Part shown: positions 52,630 to 64,000 of the stretch, in pieces
Layout: every line of letters begins with the position of its first letter
Position numbering within the stretch: the first letter of the stretch is position 1
From: Chiloscyllium plagiosum
Lineage: Eukaryota
Assembly (NCBI RefSeq): GCF_004010195.1
Contig: NC_057718.1
Span: 44,740,143 to 44,804,142 of the forward strand
Direction of reading: 5' to 3'
DNA: 64,000 bases
The notes under the pieces: model-generated
What the model was told of the DNA's origin: nothing
Database searches by the model: none
The model's input: the letters and a program-made list of their open reading frames with translations, nothing else
Program-made: the position numbers and the translations under genes

Positions 52630-53700
52630 GCGCTGGAAAGGTTATGAACTGTGAGAAGGATAGTGTACAACTTGTAATGGACTCAGGCAAATTGATGGAA
52701 TATTGGAGTCAGGAAGACAATTGGCAGATGAAAATGAATGTAGATCAGCATGAAATGATTCATTTTGGTCAAAAGAGCACAAAGATACAATATGATTTTA
52801 AAGATTATTGTTAACGAGGAGCAGGAGTAGAGGGACCTAGACGGATTGCATAATTATCATTGAGGGTGACAAGGCAGATTTTGGAAATAATTATGGCTGA
52901 GTGGTATTATCACTAGATTATTAATACAGAAACTCAGCTAATGTTCTGGGGACCTGGGTTCAAATCCCACCAGTTAATTGAATTTGAATTCAATAAAGAA
53001 TCTGGAATTAAGAGTCTAATGGTATTTATGAAACCATTGTCGATTGCTAGAAAACTCCATCTGGTTCACTAATGTATTTTAGGGAAGGAAAACTATCATC
53101 CTTACCTGGTCTGACTCCAGACCCACAACAATGTGGTTGATTCTTAGTTAAGGATGGGCAATAAATGCTGGCCTAGCCAGAGATGCCCACATCCCATGAA
53201 TGAATACGTTTTTTTAAAATATGTTATATTAAGCTTTATTACTAGGGGCATAGAGCGCAAAAGCAAGGAAATTATTAAGTGTTGTATCTACTCTTTCAGT
53301 GAAGGCATTAGGAAGAGTGCAGAAATGATTCAAAAGTATCATTCCAGAGCTGAAGAACTTCAGTAATGGGTATAGATTGGAGAAATACAAAACTAAGAGG
53401 AGTCTGGATGGATAAGAATGTGAAAGGAATGAAAACAAGGTGGGGAATTAGGGGAATTAGCAAAATAAGTCAAGGCTGTAGAAGGACAAACTTTGTCAGG
53501 CAGTAAGTAAGTAGGATCTTGGATGCATGAATGCTGAGGGTGTGGAGCTGACACGGTCAATTGAAGCCTTAACATGGAAATGTATTATTATTTGAAATAG
53601 AAAAATGTGCTGGGTTACAGGGAGTGGCATGAGATGAGTTGTTCCTTTGGAGATCCAGCACAGACAGATTGGACCCAATTATCCCTTTCTATGCTATAAG
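52630..53700 (+). mobile_element. Decayed CR1 3' fragment interrupted by a SINE
   Basis: 'WQMKMNVDQHEMIHFG' and 'LSFITRGIE'. Confidence 0.75.
52895..53210 (+). mobile_element. tRNA-headed SINE sharing its 3' tail with the 19255-22020 LINE family
   Basis: A/B-box-like ggctgagtgg / gggttcaaatccc; tail ttaaggatgggcaataaatgctggcctagccagagatgccc. Confidence 0.8.
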
Positions 53701-53779
53701 TGTTGTATCCACTCCACTGTATCCACTATGCTATAATCATTCTGTAGCTTTGAAAAAGCAATTTTATTTCTTTATTTGA

Positions 53780-54065
53780 CCCATCACCACTCTGTTTTAG
53801 CCCTATGCCACCAAGCCTTTTGTCATTTAAAATCTTCTACCTTCTATCGAATCACAGACTTCCCCTTTGCTCCTTTTCCACATCCCACCACCCTCCCAAC
53901 TTCATTTATTTAAAACTTTCCAACATCTCCTAATTTGGTTGAGAGGTCATTAATCTGAAATGTTAACTCTATTTCTGTTTTGCAGATGCTGCCAGATCTG
54001 ATGTGTATTGCCAATATTTTCAATTATATTTTAGATCTCCAGATCCATGGTACTTTGCTTTGTAT
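53780..54065 (+). mobile_element. Old Penelope-like 3' fragment (second family)
   Basis: 'ctgaaatgttaactct...gcagatgctgccagatctg' is homologous to 13905-13990. Confidence 0.6.
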
Positions 54066-54589
54066 CAGATTGTTTTCAAACAGATTTAAATCATATGAGA
54101 TCTGCTTAATAGTCCCTTCAATGTGCCCCTTTAATTAGTGTAAGGTAAGAGTTTAAAAGAGTTAATGCTGGAGACTGCATGAAGCTCCATCCAATCTGAT
54201 AATGTCATAAGAAATTGAGTGGAAAGAAACACAATATGATCTTGAAGAGGGCAGACCTACGTCCGCAGGTCTCCTATACTGTTTGTAAACTTGTTTAACT
54301 AAATATAATCTGTACCTGATTAATATCTTGCAATAAACTACATGACATGTAAGAGAAGAGCTGCCTTTCATTAAGAATCACTGTTGATTTTCCTCTATAG
54401 TTGTAAACAAGTAGGTTTCTAGATGCCATCAAGCAAAAAGATGGCAGTAGGAAATTACCCAACTACAAACTGGTAGTGGTTGGCATCACATCACATACAA
54501 CAGGGTAGCAGTGTTGGTGATCTTTGCTTAATATCACAAGATAATAATGATGAGAATTTCTGTGGAACCAAAACAGAGAATTCCTGTGA

Positions 54590-54731
54590 TTCAAGCTTTA
54601 AGACTGAAGAGACTCTCTGAATCTCATGTTCATCTCTGTCAGCCAGGGCTCCCTGATTGGCCCATGTTAACAGCCCAATCAAGGACCACATAATCAGTCA
54701 GATCCACCTAGCCCTGGTTCTAATCACTACA
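54590..54731 (-). mobile_element. LTR-like fragment
   Basis: Minus strand starts TGTAGTGATT; inverted CCAAT pair ccctgattgg...ccaatcaagg. Confidence 0.4.
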
Positions 54732-55649
54732 AAAACTTTACTTAAGAACTACTTAATCAGACAATTGGCAGCTGAACAGTCAAACAGCTTGCAAACAATC
54801 ACATGAAATGAACAAAATGGGCAAAATAGCTTTTAATAGCAAAAGCATTTACTTCAGACCTGATAAGAGAAAAGCAGAAGTAACTGTCAGTAGAAGCTAG
54901 TTACTGCTGAAAGTTGCAAATTCCAAAAGAAAGACAGCTTCTGTAGGGGCAGTCCCAATTATAAGTTGAGTTTGAATATGCATTGGAGCTCCCTGAGTGA
55001 AGTTAAATTCCCTTTTGGCAAAAGAGAAAATCTTTAAATTAATAGTGCCAAGAGGGCCAAGTTAAAAAGGAGTACTTGTAGTGTTATGTCCCACATGTCT
55101 GCATATGTTTAAGAAACTGGGTATATTAGTATGTCACATCATCATATTGGTATTGGCTATCTTGATGGTTGACATTTATAAAGTGAGTTAAAGACGAACT
55201 GGAGCTTCAGACAATGGAGAATTTGGGCAAAAGGAGAGTTCCTCATCCGTTTCTGTGTGTGCAGACAGCAGTACAGATCTGTGGATAGGACACTAACTAT
55301 CAAGAAAACACAGCTTAGTTTTTGCTTGGAATGTAAGTTCTTACCAGGCAAAGGAAATTCCAAGAATTGCATCAATTAATTGAAAAAAACACACAGGCTG
55401 AAGGGCAATTTTGAGCTGTATACTACAGACATTGCTGAAAGCTGAAAGTTTAGGGCACTCTGATCCTGACAGCTGATAGGTAAACAACAGACACCCTCTA
55501 CATAATTGCTGCATAGTCTCTACTAGTAAGGAAAGAACACTCTCTATTCATATAGATATGATGTCAAGGACAATATGTAAGGCTGTACACCACAATGTTT
55601 CTATGGTGGAACCATGGATAACAAAACCCTCATTATGAAATTGGCATCC

Positions 55650-58600
55650 AGTGACATCTTTATTGAATTACAATTAATCAAATGACATATGCAATTCTAT
55701 TTTACAGATCAAAAGATCTGAGAAAAGAGTTCTAAAAATCACTTTTGCCGAAGAAGGGTTTCATAGACTTAACATAACTAGCCTTCCTCTGGACAAACAG
55801 AAAAATCCTGAAAAGGTCTGGAAGATTATCAAAGATCAGGTCAGAGTGAGAATAAATCTGAGAATTAATCTGGGCAGCACGGTGACTCAGTGGTTAGCAC
55901 TGCTGCCTCACAGTGCCAGGGACATGGGTTTGATTCCTGCCTTTGGTGACTGTGTGGAGTTTGCACATTCTCCCCGTGTCTGTGGGGGTTTCCTCCCACA
56001 ATCCAAAGGTGTGCAAGTTAGGTGAAGTGGCCATGCTGAATTGCCCATAGGATTCAGGGATCTGTAGATTAGGTGCATTAGTCTGGGGTAAAATGTAGAG
56101 TAGTAGGGGAATGGATCTGGGTGGGTTAACTTCAGAGGGTCGGTGTGGACTTGTTGGGCCGAAGTGCCTGTTTCCACACTGTAGGGATTCTATGAATAAT
56201 TCTATTAATGGACTTCAAATCAGGTTGTATAGACAGTGACCCTAAAGTTTATTGACAAGTTTGTTTACATATGCCACAGCAAAGAACGTGAACATAACGT
56301 TTCCCTAATGGAGGTGTCAGAAAGGCTCATTGAGTTAATCATCATCAAGAGGATAATTAAAGCCTTCAGGAAGAATTTTTGGCAATGAAAAGGGCTGTAA
56401 CATTAATGCATTATTTGAGGATAGATGCAAGTACAATGCCATATGACAGGCCAACAACTAATACATGTTGAAGTTATAGCTATCATTATTGCTACAGTCA
56501 CTAAAGCACATAAAACCAACAAAATCTGTAACAGATCCAGTTTGTCACACAAAATCTAAAGCTGTGTAGCTTTTCCTAATATCTGTAAAGCAGTGACCAT
56601 GCATGCAATCTGCTGCCAAAGGCCAACCAGCCCATAGAACAAAACACACAGAAGAACAAGACAGCACAATACCACAAAACTTGCAGTGAATAAAATGTTA
56701 AGAAGGTGCACATATGCAAATACATTCATAAAGTTCAGAAACAACCAAGTAAAAGACAAATTTCAGGAGATGACCAAGTATTTTATATTGTTAATCTCGC
56801 ACACTAATGTTAATGGTATAAGATGTCCAGATGTTTTACAAGCATTAAGATCTTATGACCTGAACAGGCATGACAACACACAAATGGAAGCCAATTTGAA
56901 TAGGGATAATCACATTGTGGTGTCAATATAAAAGCTCAACTTGCTTTCCAAAAATCTTCTACCTGTTAGACCCCAATCGTTCAACAATAGCATGAATATC
57001 ATTATGTGCAGAACTTGGTATAATCATGATTCGTGAGATTAAAACCACATTCACTGCTGTAGAACACACCACATGTGATACAATGGTAGCGGTCAACAAT
57101 CTGCAAGAGTAAAAACTGACAGGTATAATCATCCATGTGCCTGGCTTATATCTTACTTTGCAGTGCAATATAAGTCAGGTAGCAGGACACACTGAGCAGA
57201 TTTCTCTACCCACTCAAAGACTGTGCTCCTTGCAAAAACTTATTTTGACACCAACTCTCACCACTTCCACTTGCATCACAATTCACCACACAATGCTTTT
57301 ACTGAAGAAGCATGAGATGGTAATGAACAAAGCACTGGTGACAAAAAGCAGTATTGGTGGTTGAAGTGGGAATAATCTTTACAGTGCATAGACTTATCAT
57401 GGATATAGCTCTACAGTGGTGTAGAGATATAAAAATACAGACCATCATGAGAGTATTTTCATGGATATTAAAGCAACTGCACATATTGCAGCTAATTTAT
57501 CACCTCAGTTTCACCAATGGAAGGTTAAATGCATAACAAAACAGTCTGTGCATAACTGGTGCCCTGGTGCAATAGTTGTAATCAAGTGTCAATATTTACA
57601 CCAATTGAATCTACTTCTGATACTTGAATTACAAACAAAGACCACTGCCAGTATATTTTATGTAAATCCCTAATACAGATACTTACTGTGTAAGCCCCAT
57701 AATATTGTACAGTAAGCTGTGGCCTCACTTCATAACGCATTAATTGATAATTACAGTGAAAGAATCCTGATGGCTCATAGATGCCCGCAGTTCTATTCTT
57801 ACACAGATCAAATGGCACCATCATTTAACTTCCAGCATGGAACAATATAAATTACAACTAGTTTGCAGTCAACAACATCGTGCAGATCCACATCAGTATT
57901 TTGTAAATGCAGTGAACCACTAATTCCAATAACAGTGACTTCTGGCATGGACTCAAGTCCACCAGGATTGATAGCATCAACTACAGCTCACCAATTTTTT
58001 ATCTAACCATCCACAAATGATACTATTAGACAACATTTAATATCAGGCACATACCCAACTAATTTGAAGATAAGTAACATACAAATACAAAGATTACAGA
58101 ACAAATGACAATAGATCTGCTTTTAAGATCTTGAAATTCCACGTGTAAATGAAACCCTGATCTTTTGTCAGAAGTTATAGAAACTTGAACAAATCCGTCA
58201 AAAATAAATCTCAAATTATTTTTGTGGATCCCAGAGAGACCAAATTACTTCCCATCCTCAATCATGGGATTCCACCCCTCCAACAAACAACTTTGTGGGC
58301 TTAACCTTGTGGTCTCAATTCAGTCCACTGGCCAAATTCAAAGGAAGTCAGTGTCTCACAATCTATTACTTTTATAACGTATATTACAAATGGATAAATC
58401 TTTGGAGGTTAAAGGTTTTTGAACTTTCACTGAGTACATTTCTGAGAACACGTATACAATCATGAATGGTTTTCAGCAAATTTGGATCTTCATGCTACAG
58501 ACTACACACTAGTACCCTGTATAGCTATTTCCAACACAGGCATTGACAGAGTGGAAAATGAGTAAATGCGCATGGTGTTGTCCTAAGAGGGGTCACTAGA

Positions 58601-58650
58601 TGCCTCTCTTATGTAGCCAACATCACTTTACTTGGAGAAAGTCCTTACAC
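55650..58650 (+). mobile_element. Heavily decayed Gypsy-like internal region (gag clearest, 55650-56620)
   Basis: 'EEGFHRLNITSLPLDKQKNPEKVWKIIKDQVRVRINLRI' resumes after the SINE with 'FIDKFV...VSERLIELIII'; downstream part is uncertain. Confidence 0.45.
55871..56195 (+). mobile_element. HE1-like SINE
   Basis: gggcagcacggtgactcagtggttagcactgctgcctcaca...gtggacttgttgggccgaag...gtttccacactgtag. Confidence 0.92.
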
Positions 58651-58729
58651 TTCTTCAGGTCTGCAAAAGGATAGAGGGCTATTGTGACACTGTAAAACCC
58701 AAACTACTAAACCAAGAGAAGAGAAGGGT

Positions 58730-61700
58730 GAATTTTTAGGGTGGTAACATGAGCTGCTGTGAAAACTGCCAGAATTGTGAGCAAAGGCTTCTGCATGGTG
58801 AGTGCCAATGTTGTGTTAAACGAGTTGACAGATTGGTGCATGTTTGACAGAACAGTCTACAAAGCATGCCAAGAATCATGGACTTTAGCTCCATGATGCC
58901 ACCCGCTACATACTATACATTTAATGCTCATCCAATTTTGTTCATCCAATAAAGGAGAGGGGGTTGCAATACATACTTTTCTTTTTTTTAATTTATTTTA
59001 AATTTGAAAAATTGATTATTAATCACCTTGGTGGACTGTAAGAGTAATCAAAAATTAATCCTTTTTCTCACTGTTGTTAATGATTGATTTAAAAATAGCT
59101 TTATTGGGATTTTGCAGAAACTTACAGGGATTTGAGCAACATGGGCAACTGCATGATCAGTGACAGAATTGTGCAAGATGTCCGGTGAGGCCTACCTCAA
59201 CAATGAAACCATGTCACTGCATCGTTTATGCATTTGCCGTGCGGAGAGGCAGTCTCTCACTCAGAAATAGTGAATTATCAATTAAGGCAGAATTATTGTT
59301 TGCCTCACTAATATTCCACTTCCTACCTTGCCAAACAAACCAGCTAGACATTGCTAATACTCAATATGGAAGTCAGCGTGAGTACCTGCTGACTTCAGCT
59401 AACCACTGGCTGTGAGGTGCTTCCATGTGGCTCAGCACCAAACAGCATCTCAGGACATGATCCATGGGAAGCAGCCATTTGCACACCTCACCCAAGGATA
59501 TTGGCATCCTTCACAACTATCAAAATACCTTTCCAATCTACTTGCTAAACACTTAGTAAGCACAGATATCCATTTCAAACTTCATTAGCAACTAGCATTG
59601 AAAGGCTTTTGCAAGGATACTTTCCGTACACAAGCAGGCAGGTAGTTCATAAATTGGACTAGGCTTCATCGCAATACACTTAGCACCCAGTGCCTTGCCA
59701 TGCCTGTTAGCTCATTGCCACTTCAGCCAGAGCCAAAGGCTGCTAATACTGCCATGCTGATGTGCTCTTTTGTGTGGACACACAGACAGGCTGTTCGTTA
59801 ATATGGATCTGTCTGCGAGGTGGACAGCTTGATGTATGGCACATGAAGTGACAATATCTCAAGCGTCAATGAACATCTGCAGCTTGTGCCAGGTGTCTGT
59901 GCAGCAAACACACTCCGTAGTTATTCAGCCAAATAGCCATGTTAGAAAGTGGGTGGGAGTTAGCCCTCAGTCCTGTCAATAGAAGTGAGGAGGCAGCCCA
60001 GGGATCCCAATACCATCAATCATGGGCACAATTCACACAAAGTCCAGGATTTGACCACAGTCAGTTGCACAGTTAGGTTACACACAGCCAAGGGATGCAC
60101 TGGATAAAGTCTCAGGAGTGGGCAATGGTCAGTCGTGTAGGGCCATCACAAACAGTCAGCGGAATCATCAGTCTATAAAGTCATGAAGTCTGTGGTTTCA
60201 GGACTGCTTATCAAAGATGGTTAGAAGTCAAATATAGCACTGGAGGCCTGTCTCTTCTTCAATGAGCAGGGTGCAAGGCTGTGCAAGGCAACAGGGTGGG
60301 GGAGGGGGGTCACTATCAAAGGCGGTGCAGGATATCAAGACTCAAGAGGAAGCAGATGCATGAATACAGTTTAGCACTAAGATAAAGATGAGTGGAAACT
60401 CAAGGTATATGGAAGATATGTAGCAAGCTAAGGGGAAGGGAGTAACTATTATCAGTGAACACTATCATGGCCTCCACATGAGACTATAGAGGAACAAGGT
60501 AGGCACCATTAAACTCTAATGTTAGGGTTTAGGAGGCAAGGAGAACAGTTGGAGGCAAAGTCCAATGTAGTGGCTCTCCATTTTGAGGGAATATGTTGAA
60601 ATGGGCTGTCGGGGTAGATTGAGGTAAAAGTGGCTATGGTGGCTCTGGTGGGGGTGGTGGGGATTGGGTACCTGGCAATCCCTGTCATCCATCTGCCATT
60701 TTCTAGGTATGAAATGCAACTCAAAATCATTAGAATAAATGCCCAGGATGGGCAGCGTCATTGTCAGTTTGATGAGTGAAAGCTGAGGATTCATGTCTGG
60801 AGGACACCAGGTCATTGAAGGGCAAATACATGAAGCATCGTTTGCAAACTCCAGCAACATTTGATTTGCAATAATTTCCAATGCATGCAGCGTGAACATG
60901 GTTGAGAGTTCAAATACTGGTCAACGGCGTTTGGTGCTTGCAAATTTAAAATTTACATTTCATTGATGCAGAGGTTAGTGGCAATGACTTAAAAGGAGGT
61001 GATTGCCACCCTAAAGCATCCAATCACTTCTGAAACTAGGAAGGTTTTCTGAAACAAGGGGAACATCACTGCTTTATATCTCAAGTAAGTACGGTGATGG
61101 TTGTATTGAATTCGTTGATGAGTTGAATGAATGATGTGGATCTGGGATGGGAAGGAGCTTAGAAAGCAGCTGACACTCCCCATTTGATGTAATGGATCTG
61201 TCACTCAGTCGACACAGCACCTTCACCAAGTTGATGCAAGTTTGGTGCAGTAGACAACAGAATTTCTGAAGATGTTGTTCTGCTGCATGGACTAGTTTGA
61301 GTGTCCCTCTAGTATAGTCCTGACAGATGTGCCGCACATCCTGGTGCACTGTGCTCTGGAACAGGCACCAAATCAATGTGATCAATGCTGAACAGGCAGT
61401 GGAATGGAAGCAGTCTTCAAAAGGGGAGGAAAAGGAGATAGCAAAAGAAGGAATGTTCCTCATGCATGGCAGAGGTCAGCTGGGTCAAGAGCTTCAAGCC
61501 AGACTGGTTAGATTGACACGCAGTTCCAGTCAATGAGAGTTCAGTGCAGCAGAATATCATGGAATGTAAAATAGCCATTGGTCATGATGCCAGCATTAAG
61601 CTTGCATAGTGGATGCAAACTGCAGCTTCTGTTGGCTGTTTGTGTTCACTTTTGCAGGGTGGAAATAAAAGCTTGTATCTGGTATTGCCTAATTGCTTGT

Positions 61701-62420
61701 ATGTCTGTGACATTCCCCCAACTGTGCAATGACAAGTTGTAGGTCTACAGTGAGCTTTGAGGACCGAGTATCAATAAATTGGGAGGGTAATTAAATGGCA
61801 TGTAGCTAAGGACAGTAAGTTGTCTGGTTCTATGGTTAAACAGTAACTAGTATGAACAAATGGGATTGTATGCACAAGTGAGTGTCAGTTACTGTGTGCC
61901 TTGAGCATCGTGACTTTGTGGCTACAATGCCATTACCTTACTAGAGAAAGGTAACAGTGAATTGGCAATGCTTGTCCAAGGAGAAAGTGAGGACTGCAGA
62001 TGCTGGAGATCAGAGCTGAAAATGTGTTGCTGGAAAAGCGCAGCAGGTCAGGCAGCATCCAAGGAGCAGGAGAATCGACGTTTTGGGCATGAGCCTGAAG
62101 AAGGGCTCATGCCCGAAATGTCAATTCTCCTGCTCCTTGGATGCTGCCTGACCTGTTGTGCTTTTTCAATGCTTGTCCAAGTGCAGGGTGGCCTTATAAA
62201 GATGGCATGAATGCAAGAAATGCTGATCTTTTGCTGGATATCCGCTGACTAGTGAATTGTTCTGGGAACAATGTGATGGAAAGGCCAGCATTAGGCATGA
62301 GGGATGTCATGGGATGGGTAGGTAGTTAATGAGATGAGTTTAAGATATGGTGAGATATCTCACTAGGTCTCATGGCAAAAAAGGCCTCCAAAAAACTCAA
62401 CATAACTTCGCCAAAAGAAG
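58730..62420. mobile_element. Probable decayed Harbinger/PIF element (Myb/SANT-like remnant on +, transposase-like remnant on -)
   Basis: 'IVYAFAVRRGSL' at ~59220 resembles the 5130 and 51479 remnants; minus strand 61000-61400 has faint HARBI1-like pieces. Highly degenerate. Confidence 0.4.
61981..62166. mobile_element. Palindromic Penelope-like insertion
   Basis: 15-bp TSD caatgcttgtccaag at 61966-61980 and 62167-62181; CTGAAGA-A-GGGC-TCAT-GCCC-GAAAT-GTC from 62095. Confidence 0.9.
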
Positions 62421-62489
62421 TAAGATTCAGCCCATTGTTCCCAGCTACATAAGGTAAATACAGAGGGGATTGCATTATCATTTTCAGCA

Positions 62490-63230
62490 AAGAGTCAGAT
62501 GTACAGCATGGAAACAGACCCTTCGGTCCAACCTGTCCATGCCGACCAGTTATCCAAACCCAATCTAGCCCCAACTGCCAGCACCCGGCCCATATCCCTC
62601 TAAACGTTTCCTATTCATATACCCATCCAAACGCCTTTTCAATGTTGCAATTGTACCAGCCTCCACCACTTCTTCTGGCAGCTCATTCCATACACATAGC
62701 ACCCTCTGCATGAAAAAGTTGCCCCTTAGGTCCCTTTCGTATCTTTCCCCTCACCCTAAACCTATGCGCTCTAGTTTCAGATTCCCCCACCCCAGGGAAA
62801 AGACTTTGTCTATTTATCCTATCCATGTCCCTCGTAATTTTGTAAACCTCTAAAAGGTCACCCCTCAGCCTCCGATGCTCCAGGGAAAACAGCCCCAGCC
62901 TCTTCAGCCTCTCCCTATAGCTCAAGTCCTCCAAATCTGGCAACATCCTTGTAAATCTTTTCTGAACCCTTTCAAGTTTCACAACATCTTTCCAATAGGA
63001 AGGAGACCAGAATTGCACGCAGTATTCTAAAAGTGGCCTAATCACTTACCTATACAGCCACAACATGACCTCCCAACTCCTGTACTCAATACTCTGATTG
63101 ATAAAGGAAAGCATACCAAATGCCTTCTTCACTATCGTATCTACCTGCGACTCCACTTTCAAGGAGCTATGAATCTGCACTCCAAGGTCTCTTTGTTCAG
63201 CAACACCCCCTAGGACTTTACCATTAAGTA
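62490..63230 (-). mobile_element. CR1/HER1-like LINE 3' fragment
   Basis: 'RPLLEYCVQFWSP...LERVQKRFTRMLP...LGLFSLEHRRLRGDL'. Confidence 0.95.
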
Positions 63231-63733
63231 AGCATGTTAAATATTTACATGGGTAGCAAGGTTCATACATGTGGAACGTTCTAATGATTATCAAAAATGT
63301 GAAGAGCCCTGTAGAGATTAGCAGTACAACTCATCTATTACTGAGAGCTGCCTGAGACTGTATATTCCGCACTTCACACATGTCAAAATATATTTAGCTA
63401 ATTGCCTGTGGCTCTGCAGCAATTGGAGATCCTTTAAGGCAACGCTCATTAAAGAAAATGTAAAAAGATGTAACTGTGAAAGTATCAGCATTTCATCTTA
63501 TTAAAATCATGTGTGTATTTCCTTGTGAGATATATGGCAGGTATAAAGCTAAAATATTGATGGATATTGCAGATATATCAACAACAATAGAAAGATAATG
63601 AATACAATTTGTTGCATTTAACAAATCATAAATATTAAATTTACAAATTAATTAGATTTGCAAAATTCACATTGATAATTAGTCCTTTCTTTAGTTTTTA
63701 ACTCAAACTCAATTCCAATATGACTAAGTTTGT

Positions 63734-63776
63734 ACACACACAAAATACACACATACACACACACACACACACACAC
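63734..63776. repeat. (CA)n microsatellite, interrupted
   Basis: Direct reading of the sequence. Confidence 0.95.
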
Positions 63777-64000
63777 TTGTCAAAAGGAGGCATTGATCAG
63801 CATAAAATCATGAAGGGTTTTGGGAATATAAAAGGAGAAATTGTAGTAACCTCAGGGCACAGGTTTAAGCTAATTGGCAAAACAGACACAGTGAAATGAT
63901 GAAAACACCTTTTCTGCAGTATGTTGTTATGATCAGGAGTGCCACTGCCTGAAAGGATAGTTGAAGCTTATTCAGTGATAACTGTAAAAGGGAACTGAAG

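Noticed and set aside
57582..57824. Minus-strand ORF with an internal gtaagt donor as a possible exon
   Set aside because: No convincing acceptor, and it lies antisense to a decayed Gypsy-like region.

Overview
Repeat-dense vertebrate DNA with three assembly gaps. It is almost certainly from a shark or other elasmobranch, inferred from HE1-like SINEs, HER1/CR1 LINEs and DeuSINE-like copies. No intact protein-coding gene was recognised. The window is a nested mosaic of CR1-group LINEs (one young 2.3 kb copy), a decayed L1, Gypsy and Harbinger remnants, SINEs, and a 6.6 kb 30/31-bp satellite sitting inside a LINE 3' end. The most striking system is a family of short Penelope-like (PLE) insertions, often palindromic, mostly with 13-16 bp target-site duplications (TSDs), that carry a minimal hammerhead-ribozyme motif. 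One copy has a tRNA-Arg in place of its second arm, and a related terminus has seeded a 36-bp minisatellite. There is also a ~415-bp-arm foldback and a set of unverified minus-strand candidate exons. Family names come from recalled motif similarity, not database searches, and boundaries of decayed repeats are approximate.
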